A DNA stretch of 64,000 bases, taken from assembly GCA_012295275.1 (NCBI GenBank), contig CM022677.1, forward strand, positions 13,020,001 through 13,084,000, in the 5' to 3' direction. Position numbers and translations under genes: made by a program. The stretch comes from Chrysomallon squamiferum. Lineage: Eukaryota > Animalia > Mollusca. Under the pieces are notes generated by a model. That model saw only the letters and a list, made by a program, of their open reading frames with translations, was not told where the DNA came from and searched no databases. Shown here in pieces: positions 12,973 to 26,648 of the stretch (positions are counted from its first letter, which is position 1; each line of letters begins with the position of its first letter).

Positions 12973-15900
12973 CTGACAGATACTAGATACATATATAACT
13001 ACAAAGGTAAATAAATAAATTACTGTTGTTTTTCAGAAACTGCTCTGTCCACAAGAAGAGCTAATTTAGTGAGTCACCACAGGGTAGAAATGTCATCAAA
13101 GAATATGGCAGAACAGGAGCATCTATAGAGGTTGTTGTTATAGTAGTAGTATTAGTCATTGTCATTGTTGTAGTAATGTAGTTGTTACAGCAATAATAAT
13201 ACTACTTGTTGTAGTAATATAGAATTCATCTTGGTGATGTTTTAACTGATGATGTTGTCTCCATAGCTTTGTAATAGTAATGTGTCTTGTGAGACTCATG
13301 GTGATTAAAATAAGCTGTTTGTACTCAAATTACAGGTTGTAGTGGTGGTGGTAGTGGTAGTAGTAGTAGCAGTACTAATAGTAGTTGTTTTTAGAGAAAT
13401 TCTTATGATAAACAAGAAGAGTAGTGTAACAGCAGTGATAGTAGTCATAATTGTTGTTGTAGTAATTATAATAATATTAGTATAAAGAAATACAGGCATA
13501 GGACTAATAGTGAAGAGAGTAAAAAATCACTTTTATTATTACAATAGCAGTATTTTATTTATTTTATATATTTTACAGTATTTTATTTATTTATTTATTG
13601 CCACCAATCACACTCTGACCAGTGAGTTGTCCAGACTCTAGTCCAACATCAGCATCGACTCTGTTGTGTGAAAGTTCTGCTGATGAACAGCTCAATATTG
13701 GTGATCTAGACATTGAAGCCAACCACGTCAGACTACAACAATTCTTAAGTTGGAGAGTCTTACACCAGGTCACCAATCTCAACAGTCAAATATCAGGGAG
13801 AAAAAACTTGAAAAACTTGAACATGCTAAAACCAGCCAAACAGAAACATTAAAACTTGACAGATGACTGTCACAGCTGTGTGTGACAGTGGCAAAGACAA
13901 AAGCCTGGAAGTTGAGCAGCAGGTGACTTAGTTTACTTCCATTAGCACTGTTTTATTTCTTATTAGCTTAAATTTGTACTAGGAATAACCAAAACAGTTT
14001 TGTTTTTAACTCACAAAAATTACAAGAACTACATGGCTTAAGGAATGCTGTTGAGGTATGTGTGAAATCAGTTCATAAAGAAAAGCTATATTCATTTTGT
14101 TGAAGGTGTTTCTGAATGAAAAATTCTTCTTTAGCTTTAATTATGTGATTGAAATTCATCTTTATTTTAGACATATTTGTTATTTCTCTAACTAAAATAT
14201 ATTTAATTTTTAAATTTATTTTAAATATTTACTTTATTTTATATATTTATTTTTTTAAATAATGAGATTCAAAATTTCTATGCATGTATATCATAACATT
14301 TAAATTAATAGCAGATATAGATCTGACCTCCATTAAAGAATCTACTAGCAGAAGTAATTAGTTTAGATATTGGATTAAAAGCCTTTCTTTAATTTTTATT
14401 TACGAATTTGTTTTTCTTTTTTTCTCTTTGAGATATATTCCTGTCACAATTTTAGGCTCATCATAAATAATTATTAGTAGCCAGGAAGTCAATAAAACAG
14501 TGACCTGTTCTGAAGTAAGTGGTCTGGTTGTGTTTTATAATAATAAATAATGTGTTTAAGTACGTATGTTCTGTTTGGGTGATTAGGATGTTAAAAAGAT
14601 GATGGGTTAATTGCCACAAAAATTGTATTTGGGCAACCTTTTTTTTTTCTTCTATATGTTTTAAACAAGAGCCACTAATAATAATTTTATGGGAAATACT
14701 TATTTCACATAGTGTTATTTAGAATGGTAGAATTCTCTTTATTTTGTTCTCTGTAATGCATGCCTATACAAATTATATTTTTAATCAAGGTTTTAACTCA
14801 TTAATTGTTGTGTTTGTTGCAGGCAAAGCATTTACCTTTATAAAAGTTATTTTTGCTTCATCTGAATGTTACCATCATATCCAGATAAATAAAGTCAGTA
14901 TTAAAACATTGTTAAAAAATAATTCATTGATAATTTACAAATAATTTTCCATGACTGAAATTTTTCTTCCCAAAGATTTTATTGTGCAAATTAATCAAAT
15001 GCTCCTAGCCTGGAATGGGTAAAAAAAATAGACATTTAACTAATGTACATTAAGATACAGAATAATAAATTTGATGCTTACTTTGTATTTATTATTATTT
15101 TTTAAAATTATTTTATTGGTTTTTTTTTCTGTATTTGTTTATTTAGACAAAAAAAATGGAACATACAAAATCCACAAAATGGCCAGATTTGAACAAATAG
15201 TAGGAAACTGAGTCATACATCAAACCAGATAGTTGTCTAAATACCACCAGCACAAACTTTGGATCCTCTGATGTCCAGCATTTCAGAGGATTTTCTTGAC
15301 CAGCTTGGGTTAAAGACACAGGAAGACCTTTCAGGTAACTCTGATACAACACAGATCAGTAGATTTTATACTTAAAGATCTGAAGGTATAAAGGAATTTT
15401 TTGTGGTTTGAATTAATTATATCATAACATTTTAAATATTTGTAATTAATTGGAATTCTCTTGATCTTTTGGGATTAAAAGAGTATTATTCTGGATAAAT
15501 TTATTGTTGTAGCCAGATTAATTAACTTACATTTTTAATCAAATCTAAAATTAGATGTATAGAATCAGTTCTAAGTGTTCCAAAAAAGTAATGCAGCTTG
15601 TAATCAAAATGACTATATTCACATACCTAGTGAAGAGTGACATTAACAGTTTGTTATTAGAACTGAAAAGCTTTGGTATCTATTAATAAACTAATAAATG
15701 ACAGAACTTATCAATTAGTTATTTAACTAAACTGCCTGTCATTTTTATAGGCTGGTGACAATGAATTCTTTTCAATTTACAGGTGGAAACTGTCAAGTCC
15801 ATGTCAGATTTTAGTATTTCTTTTAAACACTTGGTCAAAGACAGAGTTTTCAGATCTCACTCTCTCCCTTACAGTACAAGGCAGGTCAGTGCTGAAGATT

Positions 15901-17027
15901 CAGAGGAGAATTCACAATTTTATGGATTTCAGCTTTGAGAAATATTAGTGGTATTTGTATTATTATTATTATTACATTTTCATGTTATGTTTGTATTGCT
16001 TAACTTTAAAATATTTCGATTTAATCAGTGCATTCTTCTTGTTTACTATTAGAAAATCTTTCATAAAGAAATATTTTCACATATTTTTATGAATTTAATT
16101 ATAAAAAAACATATTTTTTTTTAAATTGACCAGAATGTAAAATGTATAGTGATACTTTTTTATAGATATATATTTCTTGTTTAAATTATTTGTGATTTAT
16201 TATTAAAATCTACTACAATAAGAGAGACATGATGTTTATTTATAATAATTTCTTTCTAACATTACAGACAATTAAACACAATGTCATGACTAATGACAGT
16301 GCAAAAGCTATGTGTGTTTCTACATTACAAATTATAGAAGAAATGAAAATATGTGGAGCAATGATATTTACAGATAGACAACAAGCAGGTTCCAGCTTAA
16401 TGTTGTTTTCATAGACAATATTAGCAAGTTTAGAGCAACTATAAGTGATTTAAAGGAAAGGAGAGACGACTGACAGAGATATAAGACTGACTGTCTGATG
16501 GGAGGTTAACAGGTAAACATACACAGGAAGAAAGAGAGAGATGTAGATAGACTGATAGACAGTTAGAGCAGTAGAAGTTAACAAATGAATTGATAGATGT
16601 AGATGAATTTAGCCAGATAGTTAAACATGTCAGTGTCTATCTGTCTATTCTGTGTTTTCTTCTTTTTGTCATGTGTGTTTGTGTGCCAGGCTGAGAGTGT
16701 AGACATACAGTAAAATACATAGGTTGTAATGTAGCTGTCTAGAGATAGTTAGTTACGTATGTAGGTAGTTTGACAGGGAATTAGATATATGATCGATGAA
16801 TGTTTATTGATCTGTTGTAATGTGGATAATAAACAAATAGGTATGTAGGTCAGTAGTTCAGTAGATTGATATGTAGATATATGTAGATAGTTAACTAATA
16901 GATATCAGACACAGAGAGGGACAGGTAGGTAGGTAGTCAGTAGTTCAGTAGGTTGATATGTAGATATATGTAGATAGTAGCAGACAGACAGATAGGTGTA
17001 GGCAGGTATGATGGTAATGTGGAAGAC

Positions 17028-17095
<68 letters not shown>

Positions 17096-17365
17096 CAGGT
17101 GTAGGTATGTAAGGTGGAGCAGAGAATAGTATATAGAAGGAAAAGTCGCTTGTCTTTTTTGAAGAGTGAATATATTGAATAAATATGTGTGCAAACATAC
17201 AGAACTATAGGGAGGTTTGAAGGTATGTAGACAAGAAGATGTTTAAATGACTGATAGATGTTATTGATATATAAACTGTTAGGTAGGTTGATTATGTAGA
17301 TAGAATGAGAAATTGTGTACATAGATATACATATAGAGATACATATATATAGGTGGACACAGAAA

Positions 17366-17429
<64 letters not shown>

Positions 17430-18281
17430 CAGTGATTGATAAGGATCGCTAAATAAGGGAATTGTGAATGAGAGTTATAAATGGACAGTAACACAGAAAG
17501 ATAGATATAAAATGTAGTTATAATAATTTAGGAGATAGTCAGGAAGATGAATAGCTGATTCAATCGATTGTTATTGATGGATGGATAGAGAAATATATAT
17601 ATAGGGAGGCATTTCCTTAGAGTTCGATGGATGGATAAATAGATAGGTGTAAGCATATATGATGGTAAAGTGGATATGATCATGTATATGTACATAGATA
17701 AATACACACAGAGACAGACAGAAAACAGAAAGGATTGGATCTGTGTTTGGATCGAGTTAGATATCCAGAGTTAAATACAGATATATATATATATAGATAT
17801 ATAGAAATAAATACAAATAGATTTTATATATATATATATATATATAGATATATATATATATATATATATATAGATATATATACAGATAGATATATATATA
17901 TATAGATAAATACAGATAGATTATATATATAGAGATATACAGAGATAAATACAGATAGATATATATATACAGATATAAATACAGAGATATATATATAGAT
18001 ATATATATATATATATATATATAAATATATAATACATATATAGAAATAAATACAGATAGATTATACAGATAGATTACATAGACAGACATTCAGCAAGATA
18101 GCGAGGTTTGAAGTAGTATATAGTTAGATATTCAGGGAGCTGGACATATTATTGATAGATGGTTATTGAAAAATAGACGTATAAGCTAGAGAGATAAACT
18201 GATATGTAGGTATGTTACTAGTTTGGTAGATTGATTTGTAGACAGACTGACAGACATATAGATAGACGTGTGTTAAGAAAA

Positions 18282-18313
<32 letters not shown>

Positions 18314-18638
18314 GATGTATACACACACATACATAACGTGTTTAGTAAAGATAATTTATTTGTGTGTTTAAAGATGATTAGTATATATATGTGTGTGTGT
18401 GTGTGTGTGCATGTGTAAAAAAGGGTGGATAGAGAGGTAAATTGATAGACAGAAGAAAGCTAGATAGATGCAAGGAGGCATGAGTATATACTGCATCCTG
18501 TAAGAAAGACCGAGTCTGTTGCTTATGTATATGGGATAAATAGATAGATAAATAAATATATTTATAGATAGATAAATAAATAAAAGGAATGTATTTAAAT
18601 AATTAAATATGATATAAATAGAGAGAGTGTATACGTAA

Positions 18639-18687
<49 letters not shown>

Positions 18688-19199
18688 AAAATAGACTGTG
18701 CTATTTGTAACTGAGAGGGTAAGATAGCTTGATGTAGAGATAGTTAGACGTATTGATCGCTTGAAAAATAGATTGATAGGTTAGGAAACTGCTTTGGAAA
18801 GAAAAATCCATCTTTTGTGAATAATAATTGTTCCATATCAGTAGACACCTCATCTGTTTAAATTTTTCTCCCTATTCTTGTAACTGAAGCTGATTCCAGA
18901 ATCTTGTCTTTCCTGTAGATACAATAATAAAATGTAATAGAAATAATCATTATTTTTCCATATATAGATAGATAGATAGATAGATATAGTTATAAACAGA
19001 CAGACAGAGGATAGATAGGTAAATGGATATAGTGATGAATGAATGGTTAGCTAGACAGGTAATAAGATTAAGCTACACCACACGTTGATCAACAAACAGA
19101 CAGATACATAGATAGACAAATAGCCAGAGAAATTGATGATGAAATAAAACAAATATATAGATAGACAGATAGATAGATAGAAACATGCAGGTAAGTAAG

Positions 19200-19520
19200 G
19201 ATGAGTAATTTGGAGAGTGAGAGAGAAAGAAAGCCAGAGCAAGATATTTAATATGTCATAACATATTCTTAAGTACATACACTTCTGTCTATGCTCTGTT
19301 GGCCTGTCTGTCTATCCGTATATAGAAAGAGCTTTCAAAGTAATGACACTGTATTCAAAATTAGAAACAGTATCAATACCCTATGTATCCATCTGTTCAT
19401 CTATCTTCAGTAACTATATCTGTATGTAGGTATTTCTATTTATCTATCATAATCTATCTATCTGTCTGTCTATCTAACCAAAATAATGTTATTATATTAA
19501 TCTACTAATTAGCCATTCCC
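19200..19520 (+). repeat. Duplicated block, paralog of ~44545-44815
   Basis: GAGTAATTTGGAGAGTGAGAGAGA, GACACTGTATTCAAAATTAGAAA and CAATACCCTATGTATCCATCTGTTCATCTATCTTCAGTAACTAT are near-identical. Confidence 0.9.
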
Positions 19521-19644
19521 TTTGGAAATGTTGCCAAACATACACCACGGTGAGGTTTAGTACACATACGGGATGTTAGTAATGGTTAGTATTTTTAAAA
19601 GGTTAGTATTTGGTTAATGATTAGTATTTTCTTAATGGTTAGTC

Positions 19645-20572
19645 TCTTTCTCTCACTCTCTATCTCTTTCTCTTTCTCTCTTTTTCTCTTCTCTCTCTTT
19701 CTCTCTCTATCTCTGTCTCTCTTTCTCTCTGTCTATCTCTGACTCTGTGCAACTCTATCTCTGTCTCTCTGAGCAACTCTCTCTGTCTCTCTTTCTGTCT
19801 GTCTCTCTCTTACTCTCTATCACTTTCTCTTTTCTCTCTTTCTCTCTCTATCTCTGACTCTCTGTGCGACTCTCTCAGCCTCTGTGTCTGTCTCTCTGAC
19901 TTGCTCTCTCTGTCTCTCTTTCCCTTTATCACTGTCTCTCTCTTTTCTCTCTCTGTCTCTCTGTCTCTGTGTCTCTCTCAGTCTCTGTGTCTATCTCTCT
20001 CTCTCTCTGACTTCTCTCTGTCTCTTTCCCTCTATCACTGTCTCTCTTTCTCTCTCTGTCTATCTCTGTCTCTCTCTTCCACTCTCTGGCTCGGTCTCTG
20101 TCTATATCTCTCTGTCTCTCTCTGAATCTCTCTTTCTCCCTCAGTCTCTGTGTCTCTCAGAATCTCTCTTTCTCTCTCTGTCTCTATCTGTTTCTGAATC
20201 TCTCTTTTTCTCTGCTATATCTCTTTATCTCTCTTTCTCTCTCTGACTCTCGGTATTTCTGTCTCTCTCTGTCTCTCTCCCTGTCTCTATCTCTCTCTGT
20301 CTCCCCATGTCCCTCTCTTTCTCCCTCTGTCTCAGTCCCTATCTGTCTCTCTTTATCTCACTGTCTTTCTCTCTTTATCTCACTGTCTTTCTCTCTTTGT
20401 CTCTCTGACTGTCTATGTCTCTCTGACTCACTTTTTCTCTCTGTCTCTCTGACACTATCTGTATCTCTGTCTCTCTCTCTGTCTATCTGTCTGTCTGTCT
20501 GTATCTCTCTCCGTGTGTTTTTCTCTGTGTTTTTCTCTCTTACTCTCTCTGTAACTCGCTTTCTTCTCTCCA
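19645..20572. repeat. ~0.9-kb degenerate (CT)n/CTGT polypyrimidine low-complexity tract
   Basis: Directly visible; explains the Ser/Leu and Arg/Glu ORFs here. Confidence 0.9.
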
Positions 20573-20767
20573 CACAAACTTATCAATTCTGCCTAAAGCA
20601 AAATTAACCAACAGCAAAAGCAATAGCTATAACACCAATATTAGCAATAATAACAATAATAAAAATAGCAATAATTATAAAAAAAAATAACAGTTTTAGC
20701 AATAAATCAACAACAAAAAATAAAACAAAAAAAATAAAAAGAAAACAAAATGAAAAAAACAACACAC

Positions 20768-20812
<45 letters not shown>

Positions 20813-21181
20813 AATTACACTTTTAAACACCTGAATTGATGTTACATTCCGCGCTCTAGAAATCATTATATCTGTGGGATTTAAATGTGTCAGTATGAAA
20901 TGGCAGAAAAACAGTATTTACATGTAATTGAAATTTTTATGCTACATTTTTACAGTGAAATGAAATTTTCATGAAAACGTACAATCTTAGTCATAGTGAA
21001 ACCCAAATCTCTCTTTCTCTAATTATAATAAATAATATATACAAATTTTCACGTATCAAAATGGAATGTCGTAATAAATTTAAATTCTTATTTTTATTCT
21101 GAATAGTATGAATAAATAAATATTAAGTTTTTAGTAAAGAAACATTTTAAATATATGAAATAAACTAAGAATGCACAGAGA

Positions 21182-21234
<53 letters not shown>

Positions 21235-22151
21235 ATAATAATAATAATTAGTCAATTTCATAGACAAAGTAGTCTAAGGGAAATAACTGTTGAATATAAC
21301 GATGATAATGGTTAACAACAACAAAACAAATTTTGAAAAAGGAAATAAAATAAAAAATAATGATGTATTTTGTAATTTAGATTTATGTTTCATTTAATTC
21401 ATTTAGTTAAGTGCTAAAGAAATGATATGAAATAAAATTTTAGAATAATTGATAATTTTGATAATAATATTAAACGAAAAATAACAAATAGTGGCATAAT
21501 GAATCAATAATACATTTTTTATTACATTAAATATTTTCACAAACTTTGATGAATCTTCTATTCACATATTTCCACAAATTGATTCATATCAAGTAATTCT
21601 GATGAACCCATTTTTTAATGTAAGAAAGGGGAGATAACTCCATCCGAGAAAGTATTCGTTTTCATATTAAAGGAAAATAACTATTTGTGAATATATTCGC
21701 TGGTAACTATTATTAAGAAATATTTTATTGTTTATTATATTTAATATAACAAATATTCATTTCTTTCTCCTTTTACCATCGGACAAAAGCATAATGTAGA
21801 AAACAATTCTTGTATTTTTAAGTTCTCACTATCCTTATCATATTTCAAGTTCAGAGTTATATCAAAATATAAATTTCTTTTTCAAAATTTTAGATTTCAA
21901 CAAATTAGATATTTTCAACATTGAATTATTATTATTAATATAAAAAAGATGTTATTTACCTTTTAGATATTGATATATTAATATAACAAAAAAAGAATAT
22001 CCTATAAATATTTCCATCTGATCTATAATTTTAATGTAAAAAGCATTCATTATTTAAAATGCTTATCAAATGATTAAGCAGTGTCCACTAATTAAATTCA
22101 ATTAAATTATTGGATTCCATTGGTTGAAAATATACCTGAACATTCATCACA

Positions 22152-23260
22152 AGCGAACATATTGATATATAGAGTTATCTCCCTTAACATGAAAACGAAT
22201 AACCTCTCGGATAGAGTTATGTCCCCTTTGTTGCATTTTCCTCCTTGATTATTCAGGTTAAAACGAACATATTCCTATATAGAGTTATCTCCCTATAATC
22301 AGGTTAAAACGAACATATTCTTATTCAGTTATCTCCCTTTAACGTGAAAACGAATAACCTCTCGGATAGAGTTAAGTCCCCTTTGTTACATTTTTCTCCT
22401 TGATTATTCAGGTTAAAACGAACATATTCCTATATAGATTTATCTCCCTTTAATATGAAAACGAATAACCTCTCGGATAGAGGTATCTCCCCTTTGGTAC
22501 ATTTTTCTCCTTGATTATTCAGGTTAAAACGAACATATTCCTATATAGAGTTATGTCCCCTTTGTTAGATTTTTCTCCTTGATTATTCAGATTATTGGTT
22601 AAAAAACGAACATATTCTTATATAGAGTTATGTCTTGTTTCTTACATTAGAGTTTTTCTCCTTGATTATTCAGGTTAAAACGAACATATTCCTATATATA
22701 GTTATGTCCCCTTTGTTACATTTTTCTCCTTGATTATTCAGGTTAAAACGAACATATTCCTATATAGAGTTATGTCCCCTTTGTTACATTTTTCTCCTTG
22801 ATTATTCAGGTTAAAACGAACATATTCCTATATATAGTGATGTCCCCTTTGTTACATTTTTCTCCTTGATTATTCAGGTTAAAACGAACATATTCCTATA
22901 TAGAGTTATGTCCCCTTTGTTACATTTTTCTCCTTGATTATTCAGGTTAAAACGAACATCTTCCTATATAGAGTTATCTCCCTTTAACATGAAAACGAAT
23001 ATCCTCTCGGATAGAGTTATGTCCCCCTTTGGTACATTTTTCTCCTTGATTATTCAGGTTAAAACGAATATATTCCGATATAGATTTATCTCCCCTTTGT
23101 TACATTTTTCTTTTGATTATTCAGGTTAAAACGAACATATTCCTATATAGAGTTATCTGAGTTACCCTTTTATAATATAAGAAACGGGAGATAACGTCAT
23201 CCAAGAAAGTATTCGTTTTCATATTAAAGGGAAATAACTCTATTTGTGAATATATTCGCT
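22152..23260. repeat. 68-bp tandem array bounded by ~85-bp inverted repeats (foldback/MITE-like)
   Basis: Unit TTGATTATTCAGGTTAAAACGAACATATTCCTATATAGAGTTATGTCCCCTTTGTTACATTTTTCTCC starts at 22662, 22730, 22798, 22866 and 22934. Segment 23175-23260 is the reverse complement of 22152-22235. Another copy of the right arm lies at ~21618-21720. Confidence 0.8.
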
Positions 23261-23291
23261 GGTAACGATTATTAAGACATTTTTTTATTCA

Positions 23292-24970
23292 ATATAGAAG
23301 ATTGTAACAGCAGAACAATAATAACAAAAATTGTTTAAGAAATAAAAACGAATTGCCCCTACCCCCTGCCCTAGTACCCCACCCTCACAGCTTGTGAAGG
23401 TACTGAACCAAGTTCAAACTTTAATGTTTCTTATAAGCATGTTCATATGTGTGAGATCGTGGGATTGAATCTCGGCGTTTTTGGAGACATCAGCAGTACT
23501 TTTGGAATCCGATGGAATCCGATTCCAGATTCATCTTCGAAATATTGTGGAAACATCACTTTCTTTATATATAACATGGGTCATATCCCGTGATGTGTCA
23601 CCAGAGGTGGGAGGAGTTTACTAGGCGAAGTAAAGGCTATATTAATTACAGTTTAGTGATATGTGCTCACTAACATAGATTAGAGTTAGGTCCCTTACAT
23701 GAGATGTACTCAGTAAACAAATTAAAAATTATATCGATTAGAGTTATCTCCCTTTAGTGATATGTGTTCACAAACATAGATTAGAGTTAGGTCCCTTACG
23801 TGAGATGTACTCACTAAGCAAAGTAAAAATTATATCGATTAGTTATCTCCCTTTAGTGATATATGTTCACAAACATAGATTAGAGTTATCTCCCTTACGT
23901 GAGATGTACTCACTAAGGAAAGTGGAAATTATATCGATTAGAGTTATCTTGAAAAATGAAATAAAAAAGAATAATGATGTAGTTTCTAATTTAGATTTCT
24001 GTTTCATTTAATTCATTTAGTTAAGTGCTAAAGAAATGCTATTTAATTATTCAGCGAAGTTAAGAAAAAATAATTCTAATAAAAACATTATTCACATAAT
24101 AGAAGATTGTAACAGCAGAACAAAAAAAAAATAGTTTAATAAATAAAAACGCATGGTCCCTGCCCCTCTGCCCTAGTACCCCACCCTCACACAACTTGTG
24201 AAGGTACAGAACCAAGTTGAAACTATAATGTTTCTTGTAAGCATGTTCATGTGTGTGAGATCGTGGGATTGAATCTCAGCGTTTTTGGAGACATCAGCAG
24301 TACTTTCCGATTCCAGATTCATCTAAGAAATATTGTGGAAACATCTTTTTTTTTTTATACAGGGTGGCCCAGATGTAACCGAACCCGAAAGCTCAATCGA
24401 TGATCACTGAAATGTGCAAAAACGTAACTGAATCAACCATTGAACGCTGTCATCACGTATTACAAATAATGGTTTGCATTTTGAACATTTGCTGTAACTA
24501 CATGAAATCAAATTTGTTTCATTTAACTGTAACTTTTCATAACAATTCAGGTTCGGTTACATCTGGGCCACCCTGTATATAACATGGATCATACCCCATG
24601 ATGTGTCACCAGAGGTGGGAGGAGTTTACTCGGCGAAGTAAAGGCTATATTGATTACAGTTGAGTGATTATGTGCTCACAAACCTGGATTAGAGTTAGGT
24701 CCATTACATGAGATGTACTCAGTAAACAAATTAAAAATTATATCGATTAGACTTATCTCCCTTTAGTGATATGTGTTCACAAACATAGATTAGAGTTATG
24801 TCCCTTATGTGAGATGTACTCACTAAGCAAAGTGAAAATTGTATCGATTAAAGTTATCTCCCTTACGTGACATGTACTCAATAAAATAAACAGTATATCG
24901 ATTAGAGTTATCTCTCTTTAGTGATATGTGCTCGCAACTTTAGCCTTACGTGAGATGTACTCACTAAGCT
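23292..24970 (+). repeat. Local tandem duplication (~23292-23950 vs ~24098-24970) with ~100-bp subrepeats
   Basis: ATAGAAGATTGTAACAGCAGAACAA, CTGCCCTAGTACCCCACCCTCACA, GTGTGAGATCGTGGGATTGAATCTC and GATGTGTCACCAGAGGTGGGAGGAGTTTACT each occur twice. GATTAGAGTTA..TCCCTTACGTGAGATGTACTCA subrepeats are present. Confidence 0.9.
24360..24575 (+). mobile_element. 216-bp Tc1/mariner non-autonomous element (MITE, internal-deletion derivative)
   Basis: Perfect 26-bp TIR CAGGGTGGCCCAGATGTAACCGAACC with TA on both sides. The interior reads EMCKNVTESTIERCHHVLQ/NGLHFEHL, like the G(G/L)HFEHL C-terminus of Tc1/mariner transposases. Empty site at ~23565 in the paralogous copy. Confidence 0.92.
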
Positions 24971-25756
24971 TACGTACGCTAATTATCCATATGGGATAAA
25001 TGGAATCTCGAAAAATGTCGGGGTAGGGCGGGAGGGCATGTGTTCAACTCACCTTTTCTGTCCGGGACCCAAAGCTTATCCTATCCACCCCCCCCGCCCT
25101 AGTCACCCACACACCGACTGTCTGTCCTGCATATGGATTGAGCTACTGATAAACAGGCTGAAGTTTGTACAAGCACTAGGGGCTTTTAAGATTAAACTGG
25201 TAATTAAATATTAAAAAAAGTAATATCGTTTTTGTTTACCGACTGAAAATATAGAAACTTATCTAGTGATCACATATTGCAATTACTGATAGTGACTTCA
25301 GGATCTATCTGATCTATCTATCTATCCGTGAATACACATACATACACATGCACGCATGCACTTACACACTGTCTGATAGAGGTAAGCTTCTGAAAATCGA
25401 CTGAATATTGACGAGTATAAATACAATATATATGAATCCATGATGTGTGTTTACATTGGTGTGTGTTGGTGCACACATTTGCATACAAAAACACACATAC
25501 ACAACAAACACATAAATTAAGCTATGCATTTCTTTATTTATTTTTTATTTGTTTTTCGTCCATTTTCCAATCCAGTGCCTCCTGCAAGCATTATTAGAGA
25601 TTTTAAAAATGATTTTTGTAATATGATTTTAAATAATTACATATATTTATCTTGTCAATCAATTTATATCTGTTAAACAGTTTACACAAATACTTTGAGG
25701 TGTAAATAATGTTTATCAATATTCTGCCTTATAACATGATCAGTATAACATTAATT

Positions 25757-26648
25757 CAGTGATTCTCAACCAGTGTGCCACGAGATCTTCCAATGTGTGC
25801 CGCAAAATTTTGAACGGCACACTAAGAAAATGCGAAAAACCACGTGATCCCAAAATGAAACAAACAGTAGAATGCAAGGTAAAAACGAAAATATTCTCAC
25901 TTCAACAGACAAGTTAGTTGCCCTCAAAAAGAAAATAGTGATTTGGGGAAAAAAAGAGCAATCACTGTCAACCTTTATATGTTCATTTTATTGCGTTCTA
26001 CCTGCATTAGAGAAGTGATCCCTATTGTGTTTACTCATCTGACAGCCCTGGACGAAAGCATCAACAATAAATTTCCGGCATTAAAGACAGAAAAGTATGA
26101 TTGGATTAGAGATCCTTTCATAAATCATTCTTCCAACATTGATCTTGAGTTACAGTAAGAAGAACTGGCCGCCCGTTCTAAATTAAAACATTCGACCATT
26201 GATTCATTTTGGATTTCAGTACAAGAGGTGTATCCCATATTATGTAAAACAGTTTTAGCAATTTTATTACACTTTTCAACTCCTGATATATGTGAATTAG
26301 GCAACATCAAAAACATGAAGCACAAGAGATTACTACAACGAAAGCAGAAATGAGGGTGTGTCTGTCTCATATTCAACTAAACATTGAGGAAAGTATGAAT
26401 AAAAGCCAGGCACAAATTTCTCAATAAAGAAGCCAGCTATTTGACTGATGAAATTAAAAACACTGCAGTGAAGTATAGCTGTGTTTTTCTTTATTTAGTT
26501 TGAGTCATTCTAGGTGTCTATGACTAGGCTGGGTCTATGACTTTACAAAATTCAAATATTTTTCATATATATTTAGCCAGGTGTGCCGCTATTTTTTCAT
26601 GTGTTCTAAGGTGTGCTATTGACAAAAAAAAAAGGTTGAGAACCACGG
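25757..26648 (+). mobile_element. Degenerate hAT transposon (Buster/Charlie, ZBED5/SCAND3-type) deletion derivative
   Basis: TIR-like ends CAGTGATTCTCAAC ... GTTGAGAACCACGG with GTGTGCCGC subterminal motifs. The interior encodes YDWIRDPF...FWISVQEVYPILCKTVLAILLHFSTPDICELG (hAT C-terminal dimerisation domain) with a stop. The 8-bp TSD is not conserved. Confidence 0.85.

Noticed and set aside
18790-18912. Isolated minus-strand exon-like island
   Set aside because: Stops in all three frames and no identifiable family.
16440-20810. Many short ORFs (YI, HT, SL, ER, CV repeats)
   Set aside because: Translations of (AT)n, (TG)n, (CT)n and AGAT low-complexity sequence.
22152-23160. CRISPR-like array
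   Set aside because: Sequences between the conserved cores are repeats of two or three types rather than unique spacers; there are no cas genes and the context is eukaryotic.
23450-23480. tRNA gene (B-box-like GATCGTGGGATTGAATCTC, also at ~24258)
   Set aside because: No A-box or cloverleaf; at most a decayed SINE fragment.
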